The notes: a model not told the origin generated them from the letters alone. A DNA stretch of 64,000 nucleotides from Parasitella parasitica NRRL 2501 (GCA_025201805.1 MU619239.1:426752-490751), one strand, 5' to 3'. Positions 1 through 13,627 are shown, counted from the first letter of the stretch. A program made the numbers and translations.

Positions 1-370
1 CCAAGCTTAAATTAACACAATTCGGTAGTAGGCGTGATCTCCTTGATTTCGTATACTCAGAGTATGTGTATTTGTCAAACCAAGATTGAGGATATCATAC
101 ATTGGTGATCTATACATACCCCAGACCGTTTCTCTTGCACACATTGAATTAGAGATGTGCTGATAATCATCCATTTGTACAACACTGCTCACATGGATGT
201 AATAAGACAAGATTCCTCTATATGCCCTGGATGTGTGTGTATGCGTATTTATGTATACGTGCATGCACATTAATAACAACAACAAATGATACAATCTGTA
301 TGAATAAATTACAAGCAAAAAAAAACACAATATTTTATTAACATATACCATAAATCATCACTCATCACTC

Positions 371-1330
371 TCAAAAAGAGTTTCTTCTAGCACGACCAAC
401 AACAGGAGCACGGCTAGCAATAGTAGCAACGGATGCAAAACGGTCAGTTCCATTTGTAGTTCCATTTGTAGGAAACGGGCAATACTCATGCATCATACGC
501 ATAGCGCTAGTATTCTGATGTAAATTAAATTGTCTTTTGCCTTTGCCGCTTCTTTTTTTCCTCTTGACATTGAATGCACCTGGTATGACTTTTGGGGGTT
601 GTAGTGATGAAACTGGGATGGCATTTTCAATCATAATCACATTGGTTACCGCAAAGATGAAGGCCCAGATGAGCATACCGCTAAAACTGCTGCTATTCTC
701 AGCCGCCAAAGAAGACACAGGTACCAGCGTATCGTAATTAGATATCGAATCAAACACCATGGAAATAAGCACATGTGGTACGTGAAATAAGGGTATCAAG
801 ATTAAGGCAGATAGCCGAGAATCAAATGTCAAACTGCGTTTTTTCTCTTGTTCTTTAGCGGGAATAGTGGCTGTAGCTGCAGAAATTGTAGCTGAAGTAG
901 TAGTAGTTGCAGGTACTATCAAGTCTTTAGAGAGAGAATCAATGATGGCCAGTGAAGAGTCCAGTCTTTTAAAGGATTCCAAGACGACAGGAGCTGTAGT
1001 GCTGATTTTCTGTTGTGTGACATATGGTCTTCTTGTGATCATACATGTTGGGGGAGAGAATAGTAGAATGGGAGAATTTGTAGAGGGCCTTCTTGATGGA
1101 GGTCTTTTGGTCGATTTCTTCTTGGTGGGTGTCTGTGCTGTATTTGATAGTTTGCGTACCATGGGAATAGAAACAGCTTGATTTGCTTCTTGAATCAAGT
1201 TTGATAGAATATCAGCTATTCTATCAAATTGCTGGTCGTTTTCTAGCAGCACATCATCGCTTTCTGTTAACAATGCCAGAGCTGATTCAGGTCTGGCAAT
1301 TGTATATCTTCGTTGTCTTTTGGATTCCAT
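371..1330 (-). CDS. Hypothetical protein, Ser/Thr/Pro-rich with two hydrophobic (possible TM) segments
   Basis: Long single ORF; first ATG at 1330 (MESKRQRRY...); hydrophobic stretches ALILIPLFHVPHVLISMVF and GMLIWAFIFAVTNVIMI; no recognisable domain. Confidence 0.6.
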   Translation of the reverse strand: MESKRQRRYTIARPESALALLTESDDVLLENDQQFDRIADILSNLIQEANQAVSIPMVRKLSNTAQTPTKKKSTKRPPSRRPSTNSPILLFSPPTCMITRRPYVTQQKISTTAPVVLESFKRLDSSLAIIDSLSKDLIVPATTTTSATISAATATIPAKEQEKKRSLTFDSRLSALILIPLFHVPHVLISMVFDSISNYDTLVPVSSLAAENSSSFSGMLIWAFIFAVTNVIMIENAIPVSSLQPPKVIPGAFNVKRKKRSGKGKRQFNLHQNTSAMRMMHEYCPFPTNGTTNGTDRFASVATIASRAPVVGRARRNSF

Positions 1331-1539
1331 TATTTCCGTATTTATTTGATATATTTTTAATAAATCTAATCTATGAATGTCTATGTATGAAAGAGTCAAC
1401 TAGTAATTTACGCAACTGTGAATAAAAAAAAAGTGCAATATTATATATATATTTGCGTACGGAAAGAAAGAGAAGGGAAAATGCATCTTACAGATATACA
1501 CAAATATATAAAGCTTAAATAAACTTGCACATGATCGCT

Positions 1540-4485
1540 TTAAGAGAACCCAATGCTAGTCTTTTTGTTCTTTTTGCCATCGCCATATTTAGCATCCCAC
1601 TTTTTGAGCTCGACTAAGCTTCCCATTTCATCGTTTGAACTAGCAGGCACCATCTTGAGAGCTTCTGTAAAGTGATCCATAGTCAGTGCCTGAAATGCGT
1701 CTGTCTTTGCTTGTTCCTGAACAGCTTTAAGTGCAGCTGTAACACAGAGATTCTTCAGGTCAGAGCCTGAATATTGTCTAGTGATCTTGGCTAATTCATC
1801 TATGGGCACTTGATGGTCCTCCTCCTTCAAGAGAATCTTTAAGATTTCCGCACGATCTTTCTCATTCGGTAAATCAACTATATATATAAAAAACAAAAAT
1901 AAACGAGTAAATATATAAATATTCAATAATATTTGTATGACAAGGTGTACCGAGAATACGACGTGGCATACGTCTTAGAACAGCATCATCCAAGTCAAAT
2001 GGTCGATTGGTTGCAGCCATGACGATAACGCCTTGATTAAGACTTGATAAACCATCCCATTCCACCATAAACTGGTTAATAATCTCCCGGTGAGATCTCG
2101 CTGCTTGATCTGAGCCACGCTGATTCAATAGGCTGTCTACTTCATCAATAAATATGACACAGGGCGAGAGCTTTCTTGCAAGAGAGAATACTGCCTAAAA
2201 TGAAAATCACGACAACAACATAACAATTGTAAGCTTAAAATGTAACCATCCATTTTTGCCTGTGTACCTTGACATTTTTCTCGCCTTGTCCAACATACAT
2301 CTCGTAGCTATGGTATATAAAAATAATAATACATTAAACAACAAAGTAATCACTTCACGTCAGAGGCACCACATCAACCTACACATCACTAGCTTGGATA
2401 TCCAGCATGCGGCTTCCGCTATCTTTTGCTACTGCTTTGGCCAACATGGTCTGTTATGAAATACGCATGCGTATAAATAATCGATACGCAAATATCAGGA
2501 GATGCATGTATACAATACCTTTCCTGTGCCAGGTGGCCCAAATAGCAATACACCAGGAATAAAGTTCTTTTTCAAAATGCCTTTCCTAAACAGCTCGGGG
2601 CGAAGCAAAGGTAGCGAAATCAACGATTGTAGTGTATTGATCGTCTGTGGCGGTGCACGTACGTCTTGAAAGGACCCCTGTACTTGAGCTATGTGGAAGT
2701 GTGTTACCATGTCAGTTAATAGACTCTAAACACACAACTTACTGCCATCCACGACTCTGGCTAACAACTTGCGCTCAAACTCATTGCACTGCTTGCCGAG
2801 ATGCGCAAGATCAATGCTGCCATCTTGCCTAAGTTTTAAGCTCTCTCCTGTCAGGGTCGATAGTGTGGTCGAGCTTTTTTCACTCATATATGCACACTGC
2901 TCCACAATTTGGTTTGCGGCTTCGAAATCTTGCAAATCTAGGCCGGATTTGTTGTGTTGTAATGCATGTCCTATAGCAGCTGTGACACGACGATCTACAT
3001 CCGAGGATGGCCATATCGCCTTCGAAATGCCATCCATTGCAAGCAAGTCATTCAGCAGATCACCTTGATTCTCCGTCTTTAGTTTCTGTGGATTCTTGTG
3101 GCTGTACATAGCCAGCAGCTGTTTGGCGTTAATCTCTCTAATCCTGCGCGATTCGTCCTGCTTCATGAGAAGTGCCCATTCTGATAGCTGATTTTCATCC
3201 TGCAGCGATGGTAGCACAGAGATACGACGCATGTTCAATATATCAGGGTAGTCTGGGTCTAATTTTCTCGTTCTCTGGCAGTGAGAAGCTATCATGATCA
3301 CCCTATGTCCTTTTTGTTTCAAGTCTGCAACTGCGTCGACCAGCGAATTCAACAGTATCTTGGAGAATTGGTCATGTATACCTCCGTAATCTCTCAGATA
3401 GACAATCTTGTCCTTGTCGCTGCCCTCCGACAAATGGCGTTTGAACATCTGAGCGTATTTTCTCGATAGCTGCTTTATAGCCTTCTCGGCTTCTTTATCT
3501 CGTTTACTGCGTTGCACTTGGATGACTTTGTCAGGATCGTTGGGCTGTCCAAATGGCACGAAATGTAGCTTTACTTTAACCTCTTGTTCGTCGGTCTCAT
3601 CGTCGTCCTCGTCGAAATTGTCTTCGTCGTATTCCTCTATATCGTCCTGGTCTTTATCTTCTTGTTGCTGTTTGATTATATCTATTGTATCATGGCCTAG
3701 ATAGCCTACGTCTGAATCGTCTGCATCCTGCATATTATCATCCTCGTATTCTTGGCTCAGAGCTAACAGTTTCTTGCGTTCTTGAGCATTCGACGAAAGC
3801 AAAGGCATCAGCTCGGCAACTAACAATGTATTAGACACATTTCCATCTGCTGCCATTCAACATTCTTTTACCATCTCTACTGAAGCTACGTTGTGCAAGA
3901 AATATGAAGTCTTGGGGATCCAAGATGAGCACATTGGCTTTGACCTTGGCCGCTAATTGATGGACCATATGATCTTGCAAATAACAAGATCCAGCATTGG
4001 GTACTGTGAGCCCAATATGGTCTGTGTGGTCAAATGCTGCCAAGGTCCCCTTTGGTGCCAGTCCTGATCTAATTGTGAATTCCAGCTCTTTCCAGACATA
4101 ATCCGGTATAAATGATGCATATTTATTAGGCAGTGTCTTCAATGCTGCATGCTTGATATAATTTGTGGATAAGAATGATTCTTAATGTAAATATCAATTA
4201 GTCTTTTACTCTTTTTCCAGATGTAAGCATCAGTTTGGTGCACATTGCAGGATTTTGCTTACCTGGTAAGGTGGCCATGGCCATTGTTCGTCTTAATTTG
4301 GTCGAACGGTGACGGCCGAGTTTTGTTGAATTTAATAAACTACTCGTTTTTGACGCAGTCGTTGCAGGTTTCTCTGTGTGAGGTTTGGCAGCAGGAGATT
4401 CTGCCACCCTTAAATAAGCCGAGGTATGAATCCATTTATTTACATTTCGTACTGGGAGTCTTTGCAATCGATAAAATATAGACAT
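1540..4485 (-). CDS. Msp1/spastin-like AAA+ ATPase with long N-terminal region, probably mitochondrial (multi-exon)
   Basis: Walker A GVLLFGPPGTGK|TMLAKAVA, pore loop YEMYVGQGEKNVK, Walker B VIFIDEVD, SRH AATNRPFDLDDAVLRRMPRR, lid YSGSDLKNLC; Arg-rich presequence-like N-terminus; GT-AG introns join the ORF fragments. Confidence 0.9.
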
Positions 4486-6145
4486 TGGTTATATAATCTA
4501 TGTATAAATAATGTACAGAACAAGAGAGTAACCAGCACATGGGTCGAATAAACTAGTCCATAATTCCTTGCCATTACAGCTGTCCCCCCGCCCGCTTCAA
4601 ATTAGCACTCAGCATTGAAAGCATAAAGCAAATGCCATTAATAAGAACGAAGAAACAATTCAAAGATTGTTTAAAAAGACCAGAAAAAGTTTAGTGATTA
4701 TAAAATCATCTACTTTTGTTGAAAGATTGGTTGTTTGTAGCTCGTGTAGAACTCCTTTGCATATTGCGAATACTTAAAGTATTGGATGATTGCTTTGATT
4801 TTAGTTGTTGTGATAAGAATACAGAAAATTAAATGCGTTTTCAATCAAGTATTAATAAAGTTTTGACATAATGAAATGAATTTTATATGTTTGCATTCAT
4901 CAATTAGAATAAGGTCATACTTTAGCTGCGTTTGGGATGTTTTGACTATATTGAAAATAGCTTTTAAGTAACTTTGCAAGTTTCTCACATAAATACGCTG
5001 GTATAATATAAAAGGTAGATCAGTCGTTACAGGTTTAATATCCACCAGTATGCAGAATGATAATCATTGAAGGCAACAAGTGGGAAACTATCCAAACAAA
5101 ACTGCATTTTCATGAAAAAAATGACTCTCAACTTGACAACAAACCTTTGATCCGTCTTCTAATTATTTTTTGTACCCATTCCGTGCTCAATTTGGCCATT
5201 TGAAGTAGTAATTTCCAAGTCAACTTTGATCAAAGCCTAATAATTTTTCAAATGGAAAAATGCAACAGGTAGCTACTAGTTAGCACTATGGATAAATGCA
5301 TTCTTATTTTGCTTTTTTTATTATTTGAAAAGTGAAAACTCGAACATGTTGAAAATGATATGAAACAAACAATTTTAGCTAACCAAATAATGTTTCAATT
5401 TGTATGAGATTCTTTCTGTATAGGATGTGGTAAATTTTTAAAAAAGAGCATTTTCTACGTGTTGTGAACTCTTCTGTATACAAGGTCAATACATATCGAA
5501 TCTCAAGAATCATTGTTTTCCGAAAAAGTATATAATATGTATGATTTGTAAAATTATATGGATTAAGCCTGGAATAAAAAGCTAAATGTGCAGGCAGATG
5601 GGGATCTAGGTATATATATTATGCTGCACAAAGTAGGAGAATACATCGAAGCCAAAAATACCGTGTACATTCCGATGATAGCCACAGTATCAACTTATCA
5701 GCATGGCATGTGCAAAGGGCAATCCATTCTTTTTTTGATGATGCATTGATCCCTTAGAATTGTGGTTGTTTGTTTCAATAGTAACTTGTCTATAAAGCGT
5801 AAATGCCACCAGATCAGATCACTGGAGAGCCAAGTGTCGAGAAAATGGTAATTATGTGAAATTACAGTGACATTCAATCTCGTTTGCATAACCGGCTGCG
5901 ATTTTTTACAATCAAGAGACTTGGTGCATCATTATCAAAAGCTTGATGATGTAGATGCATTTGATGACAGAGAAAGAAGAGAGCAATTGATTGTTTTTGT
6001 GTGAGAAACTGGAAATCTGGCGTCATGATTAAAATTGTCTGGATTTCAAGTGAGAGAAAGAGTACCTTTTCTCTTTTTTCCTTCACTTTTTTGTTTTCTC
6101 TCCATATCCTTTTCCATCTCGTATACAAACCTTTTACTCCTCATC

Positions 6146-7727
6146 ATGACAGAAATTACACAACACTCTTTGCAGAGCCAAGTGATTCAAGAGGAGGTCT
6201 CTATAGATGAACGAAATGTAAATAGCATACTTGAGGAAGAAGATATCACAGAAGCAACTTCTAGCAATTTGAATCGCACTCCCTCACCACCAAGAGATAA
6301 ACATGAAAAATTGCACCAGAATGGGGGTTCCGATTCTGAAGAAGATGTGACAGAGGAAGCTGTGCAGCGCTTTAGCTTTTGTAAACCAACAACCGGCATG
6401 GATAGTTTGAGCACGGATTCTGCCGAGAATGCAATAGAAGAGACAGATGCTGCGACTACTACATCTAACAGAGATCAAGAGCAAGACGGACATTCTCATA
6501 TACTAGCAAATGTCCATGAGCATGCAGATCCAGAACAAGCGTCATCTGACAGTCATTTAATTGGATCCACGGACACTGTCAATAGTGCTACCATGTCAAC
6601 TGCGCCTACTACTGCCGCCAATACTGCTGCATCGACTGATAGCAACGTTAACAGCAACAGCAACAGTAACCCTACCAACAGTAACCCTACCAACAGTAAC
6701 CCTACCAACAGTAACCCTACCAACAGTAACAGTAACCATAGCAACAGTAGCAGTAACCATAGCAACAGTAGCAGTAACCATAGCAACAGTAACATAGCAT
6801 ACACCACTCAAAACTCACCTCCCTCTATAAGAGGTCGAAGCGCAAGCAGCGCAAGTCCTACCACGCTAAATGGTAGCCTTTTACCTCGTTCACAAAGAGT
6901 TTGGGAGATGGATAGGCAAGCACCTGAATGTCGACGTTGTCACAGACGTTTTAATTTCCTAATTAGAAGACATCATTGCCGGTAAAATGTGCTGCGTAAT
7001 ATGAAAGCTCAAATAACTGACACCATACCTTACCATACCTTACCATAGTCGCTGTGGACAGATTGTATGCGATAAATGCAGCTCAAATAGAATTCGTTTA
7101 CCTGTAGAAGAATTGATCGAAGACCCCATAGTGTCACCCTCCCAATACCCACTACTAGCCTCACAATCTCAGCGAGTCTGTGACACTTGTTATCGAGAGC
7201 CGATACGCCGCTCATCCGAATCACACCAACGAAGAGGTCATCGATCTACTCGACCCATGGGATTTGGATCGCAAATGAGACGCACAGATAGTAATCAGAG
7301 TCTAATGATAGATTGCCCAGTGTGTGGCACTACTTTTTTGGGAATGCAGAAAAATGAGCAGGAGGAACATCTACAACGATGCTTAAATGTAGGCAGTCCG
7401 CCTGTGCAATCACCACGCTATATTGGTAAGTGTTCAGTAGTGCGTATTAAGCGTAACAGGAATCAACGACTAATTTTATCTCAGTATACCAATTGTCACA
7501 GGACTCAACACAAATAGGCGATGAATGTCCCATTTGCTTTGAAGAGTTTGAACAAGGTAAGTTGGACTCAGTACTACCTTGTTTTCTTATGCTGACCAAA
7601 TGAATGGATGTTAGGCGATAAAATATCAAGAATGATCTGTTTGTGTTCGTATCATCAACAGTGCTTGGGCTCATGGCTGCAGAAAGGGAAAGGCTGTCCA
7701 GTACACTATGATTTCCTCCAAATTTAA
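6146..7727 (+). CDS. PIB1: FYVE + C-terminal RING E3 ligase (Pib1-like)
   Basis: WEMD..CRRC..FNFLIRRHHCR|RCGQIVCDKCS..RVCDTC FYVE domain; spliced C-terminal ECPICFEEFEQG..RMICLCSYHQQC..W...GCPVH RING. Confidence 0.88.
6655..6793 (+). repeat. Coding tandem repeats: 15-bp (SNPTN)x4 then ~21-bp (SNHSNSS)x3
   Basis: agtaaccctaccaac x4 and agtaaccatagcaacagt(agc) x3 seen directly. Confidence 0.9.
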
Positions 7728-7844
7728 TTGATTTAAATTTTTTGTAAAATCTCTTTTTCCCTTATGTATGCTAAATATACACACTCATATTCTTGTTACT
7801 CATAGCTACGAACAACGCAAAATAAAATCTATAGCTCTATTGGA

Positions 7845-8380
7845 TCATTTATTTTACGGAAAACACTCATTTTCAGCTGAATTGCCTCGTTAGCTCGTTT
7901 AGCATTTTAAGCATTTTGAAATATCTTCTAGCAGTGCAGAATCCATGATGTATATCGTCAGAAACAACAAGATGGCAGCGACCTCCAAACGGTTTTTTGC
8001 TTAAAATAGCCATATAATTTGTCATATCAGGCTCATCCTTTGGAATTGACTTGAAAATAGGGATGCCTGACTTTTCTGCATCTTTTCGATCAATGAGAGA
8101 GGGATGAATTAAACAGGCGCCGACGAAAAAAGGTTGTTAGCTGCACATTAGCTTATGCACCCAACAGTATCCTACAAATGTGGCTGCTTTGAGACCATCT
8201 GCCTTCAATTGTTTCTCTACTCTCAACATTGGAGTCACCTACAATAACTGTCAGATTTGAACATCCATCTATCAAGCCAATCGGTTTTCTGATGGGATAT
8301 GTTTATTTAATTTTTTCGAGTGGTTATACGGATACATTAAATTTCACTCAAATAAAATCGGGACCAAGGTCTCCTTATAA
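7845..8380 (-). pseudogene. Dienelactone hydrolase (AIM2-like) pseudogene
   Basis: Manual minus-strand translation: QLKADGLKAATFVGYCW (GxCxG-like nucleophile elbow), IHPSLIDRKDAEKSGIPIF..KDEPDMTNYMAILSKKPFG..DDIHHGFCTAR / NAKRANEAIQL, broken by stops and frameshifts. Confidence 0.75.
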
Positions 8381-8740
8381 ACAAAAAATACTACGACATA
8401 AAAACATCACTGAGGAAGTAACTGATAGATACGTACTGTTCCTCTAATTGAAGAACGAGATTGTTTATGTCACACAGAGATAAATCAGGAAACATATGCA
8501 TCAGACCCTTTTGTTCTCATGAATATTCTGCAATTCATTTTTCTTTCTCTTTTCATTTTTTTTATAACCTTTGCAGATGAAAAATGGCTAGAACTAAAAA
8601 GAAGCAACGATTAACGTATATTCCTGGCGTAACACAAATAAACACTCTTCCACGCTGGAAATCAATGGGCAAAAAAAGAGCCATTGAGGAAACAGAAGTG
8701 GTTGTTGTGCCAGGTCTTGAAAATGAGCACAGCAGGTGAT

Positions 8741-9133
8741 TGTATGTGATATAAAAATATAAGAATGTAATAAAGACTTAGTTTACCAGATACAAAACTA
8801 TTGATTTATTGATTGACAAGAAGCTGTCTATTTATATTAGAATAAATCTATCTAAATCAATCTATAAAATACAATCAGGTCATGCTCGACATTTAATTGT
8901 CAAACAAGATTATAACACAGTAGTAGTCAGAGCAAGACCTATTTCTATATTTAATCAGCTAATCGTTATGAATGTGAATCATTCATCGATAAGTTGAGCT
9001 CCGCAATTTAGAATAAGAAGAACCCAAATAGATGGTTTCTTATACAAGACATTCTATTGAATACTTCTATTTACTAGATAGAATAATCGATGCCATTTAA
9101 CCTTAGATACGATCAGGAACGGTTGCCATGACA
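8741..9133 (-). mobile_element. Possible solo LTR (copy 1 of a diverged direct repeat)
   Basis: Bounded by TGT(A)TG...CATGACA; tataaatag and aataaa on the minus strand; shares blocks such as accagatacaaaact, tctatttata, tgtcaaac and agacctat with 9331-9545; no TSD seen. Confidence 0.45.
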
Positions 9134-9330
9134 ACTGAGTTGAAATAGTGGTAACCATGGTATTCTATGGATACAACAGGCATGATCATCGCTATCTGAG
9201 CATAACTTGGTTTCTCTTGGGTGACCTTTCTATCACAAGTTATCTGCAAAAACAGTTTTATTTTTCAATATTTATCATAAATATCACATATTTGCTCATT
9301 GTTGTGCCAGTGTCAAAGGGCGCAGCGTAA

Positions 9331-9545
9331 TGTTATGTAAAATATGATTTGTATAAAGTAATAAGACTTTTCTGAATAAAACCAGATACAAAACTGAAGA
9401 CTTTTATTGACATAAGATATGATCTCTATTTATACTAAAATATATCCCAATCAATGTTTATCCACATAACATCTGATGTTTGACAAGAAGTGTCAAACCT
9501 TATTAAACCACAGCATTTCCAGGACAGACCTATCTTTCTATTTTA
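9331..9545 (-). repeat. Second diverged copy of the LTR-like repeat
   Basis: Colinear matches to 8741-8950; right boundary not resolved. Confidence 0.5.
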
Positions 9546-10548
9546 CATTAAAGAGAAGATTGGGTAGGATGTCTTCCCGACATCCCGCGATCTGATCTAG
9601 ATGTATTCTTTGAATAAGCCTGGAACCTTGCAAGAGGTCCAGTTACAACTTGTAGCTTATTCCTTATATGTAAAAGAATTACCAACAATTAATATCATGA
9701 TCCGTGCATTATGACTAAGTTAGATATGACATATGTAGCCTTTATATGGATACAACATCGATCTTTTTTTTTATCAATTCCACAGAGACTCGGTAAATAA
9801 TTGTAAATAATAAGGTCATTTCTATGAAGTATTTTGAGACATGGAACTAAATTAAACCTTTTTTTGTATAATTGTCTTTTGATATTATGCACGGTAGTAA
9901 CCTTTTCCAATTCATTAACTACTGAGATATTTCAAATCATAGATACAAAGTTCTAAAATATCAATAAAATAGATATCACCAAACAGAAAAAGACCTTTTT
10001 TTTAAAGCTTTTTGGCGGCGGCTTGTACAAAATGGATGCTCTCTTTTCACAGCATAAAAAGTATTGGCAGGGCAGGTAACCTAGTTTGTTCAAATTAGTT
10101 CAAACAATGGGAAATTCATGAATTTAATACCGGTATTCAGTGCGCTAAAACCTACAAATGAGGAGCAAAACTTCGAGCGTTAAGAATAATGAGAAGAGTT
10201 TTTATTTATAAAATAGCCAGATCATGTTCAAGTCTCTACATCTCCTCCTTTCGCAAAAACTAGGCTTTCAATGTGTTGAAGAAACAAATTCAAGGAAATA
10301 CTGCTAAAATACATATACGAGGGGCTTTACACAACATTCATGTTTGTTGCCCCATGTAGAATATCGTATACAAGAGTCCACGACCTGAATAATGATATTA
10401 TATAACATGGTGGAAAAGCAAAATGATCAGGGGTGCATTTGCTCACATTTATATTTAATTTTTGATGCGCATAATACGCTGACTCACATCCATACATTTA
10501 GGAGAGGCTTTATTTGTTTGCATAATGTGCTTCGAGATATGGAATATA

Positions 10549-11636
10549 TTATATGTGTATTGCATTGCTATTTTTACGGTCCAAGATGTGAATCGGTTTA
10601 AGATTAATGCTATTAGTAGAGGAGTTCTTTGTTTTGACACCAAATGTACGCATAATAATGGTTACGAAGCTTTGATACATTAACCAGGCAGTAAACGAGA
10701 CAAACGACATGCAAAAGTGCACTAGTTGTGTATTCTTGCTTGCTTTGGCGACAGTATTTTGCTGTTGGGGATTATAATGAAATCTGCCAAATATTGATGA
10801 AAACAAGACAGTTTTTAGAAAAGATCCCACTTGCACAACTACTTTCCATAGTTCTTCGTCTTGATCTTGATCTTCTTGCTCTTCTCCATCAGAGTCTAGA
10901 CTGAAGTAGCATGATTTGAATGATTCCTTTACAGGAGTTTCCGGTAAAAATTTCACTTCTGTGATATCTGGATTGAAGCGCACACTTTGCTTGCCTGATT
11001 CTGAAACGCATTTCGACCAAAATCGATCGTTTGTTCTCCAGTAATCTTTTTGTAATAAAATTGACGAAGTAGATGTGTTTTTTTTCAGAACTGGTTTGAG
11101 TGAATTGATAGCTTTATTTGATGTATGGAATTTTGTGTTGAATGATAGTGAAGGGTGCGTATTCAATTCTTTATCAGATGATGTCGATTGTACATCAGGT
11201 GGCAGGTACAGCGGCCCGTATAACCCTGGATCGAAAGAAATTTAATTTTATATTCATGATTATTATGTGTATATACCAACAGGTAACATCTGATTCTTTT
11301 TGCCTGTAAGGTAAAATGTAAATATTTTTTGAAATAAAATTCATAAATGAATGGTATTTACCAATTCACTGTCGACGGATGGATCATTTGATTCGAATAG
11401 CTAAGTTGCTTGGTACATGATCGAGCCATTTGTCTCCAAATTGCATTTTGGTATCGAATTTGCTTATTATGCTCAACTGACAGTTTTTTAAGTTCTTTGG
11501 GTGTGCCTGTTTGCTGTTTACTGACAATGTTGAATTGTGTTTTGGACCGTTGTCTTTTGAGTTCTCTGTGAGCTTGGATCAGATCTACACAAGACCATTG
11601 ATGCGATAAATAGTCGACACAGACACAGGCTTTCAT
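10549..11636 (-). CDS. Reg1-like/DUF1752 protein (candidate PP1 regulatory subunit), 3 exons
   Basis: VDYLSHQW..RYQNAIWR..VNW|QKESDVTW|LYGPLY signature assembled via a 23-nt micro-exon (11281-11303); KQSVRF RVxF-like motif. Confidence 0.75.
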
Positions 11637-12513
11637 ATTAAAAGAAATGTAAAAAGTTATACAAAGAAGAAGGAGATGTGAATTTACTCTCCCTATGTAC
11701 CATGTTTTTATAGGCTCGTGCAACTTGTTCCCACAAAAAGAAAAAGTCGAAACACTTTATAAATTTATAGTTTCAATTTAGCCCAAAACAAAAAAATTAT
11801 CTTCTGACACAAGCTCTGAATGGGCGTTTTATCTTACAATCGAATTTTGCAACACACATACGAATATACACACACAGACCTAGTTACACATGATATTCTC
11901 TTTAAAATGGTATATAGTGTTTTGTAGATCATGCAAAAGTGTCTGGTTTCCCGCTTAAACTACAATTGTAGTAATAATTCAGCATGTTTTGACAACAGGG
12001 GGGTGTATTTCAAAAGGGGAATGTATGTACAGCAAGTAATTTAATTATTAATTCAAAATGATAACATTTTATTAATGTTTAAAACGTTGATTATTTTGTC
12101 AATATAATCTAGAACAGTATATACAAATGACGATTGCATAAAGTGCTTGATCTGATACAGCATTTCACAAACAAACATATATTCGATGAAACAACAACAA
12201 CAATAAATGTATGTAACAAAGACTTCTAATAAGTATACATTTAAATATTTTGCTATCATGTCTTTACAAAATACTCATCTGCCATTGCCATGGCAACCAG
12301 TTAATCAAAGTATATGTTTACGCTTGTTGCTCTATAGAATCCCTCCTACACTTCTTTACTAAATGAACAATCTCTTTCAGCAAAGGCATTGAGCTCTTTA
12401 CTTCATTGTTGAGCTACTTTGACGTCATACAATTGACTTCTGGATAACAAGAAAAAAGCAATTTGTGAGAATACAGTTCACGACCTCTTTTTTTCGTTTT
12501 TTCATATAAAATT

Positions 12514-13627
12514 ATGGCTCAGTCTACTGATGGTATAAGGGTTGTTGACGCCGAGCCTCAACCCACAGCTACACCTACTCAAAATTCATCCTTGAATGCA
12601 AATGCTCTCTTGAATAACACTTTAGATGGATTTGCCAACTTGAGCTCTCGCTTTAACCCGTTCGCACAAAAGCTAAACAAGAGTTTAGGTCAAGTCAGAC
12701 AGGTAACCTATACAAAGTTTCACACAGAACAAGGCTAATTTGCTTACCAATGCGATAAAGTATGCTCAAGAGAAATTGGGAACAGCTGAAAATGTCACCG
12801 AATTGCCTCAAGAATATAAAGATTTGGAAAAGGTAAATGCTTGAGTTTTAAGAGGAATCAGTATGGATGGCATGTATTAACTTGATCGAAAGCGTATCGA
12901 TGCTCTTCGCAGCGTACAAAACAACATGCTCAAAGTTTCTCGCACATACAGCAACTCGTCTTATGATTATCCCGTTCAAATTCAAGAATCTCTACTTGGC
13001 ATGACCAATACTGTCACCAGAGAAATTCAACATTTAACCTTGTCTTCTGCTGCTGATCGTGCAGCAGAAAATGCTCCTGCTACAGCAGAAGAGCCCAAGA
13101 CCTTATTACATGGTCTTGCGCGTGTTGCTTCTCAAGGATCTCAAGCTATCGGCGTTGAAGAACCTTTAGGAACTGCGCTTTTCAAATATGCTACAATCAC
13201 CGAAAAAGTAGCAGACGCTCGTGTAAAGATGGACCATGCTATTGTCGAAAAGTTCAACAAGCCTGTTCAAACCACTCTCAATTCATCGATTGAACAAGCT
13301 CTCAAGGCCAGACGCAATGTCCAATCAATTCGTCTGTCGCTTGATGCATGCAAGGCTAGATACCGTTCCGCGCGTCCTGAGAGATCAGAAGCAGCTCGTT
13401 TGGAAGTAGAACAAGTTGAGGATCAATTTGTTGCAGCAGTTGAAGAAGCCACCAATTTGATGAAAGCAGCACTGGAAAACCCTGAGCCTTTCCGTAATTT
13501 GGCAGATTTAGTCCAAGCTCAATTGCAGTATTTCAAGGAAGCCCATGAACTTTTGAGTGATCTTGCTCCAGAATTGGATGAAATGCAAGTAAATCAAGAA
13601 TCTTTGTACAGAAATAGTCGTGTTTAA
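12514..13627 (+). CDS. GVP36: BAR-domain protein Gvp36-like
   Basis: YAQEKLGTAENVTELPQEYKDLEKR..YDYP..RLSLDACK..EDQFVAAVEEA..QLQYFK; 2 introns. Confidence 0.88.

Noticed and set aside
4845-5045. YDLILIDEC, Walker-B-like motif
   Set aside because: No Walker A or other helicase motifs nearby; short AT-rich ORF
6553-6811. Leu-rich and VT-repeat ORFs
   Set aside because: Alternative frames of the Asn/Ser coding repeat in the Pib1-like gene
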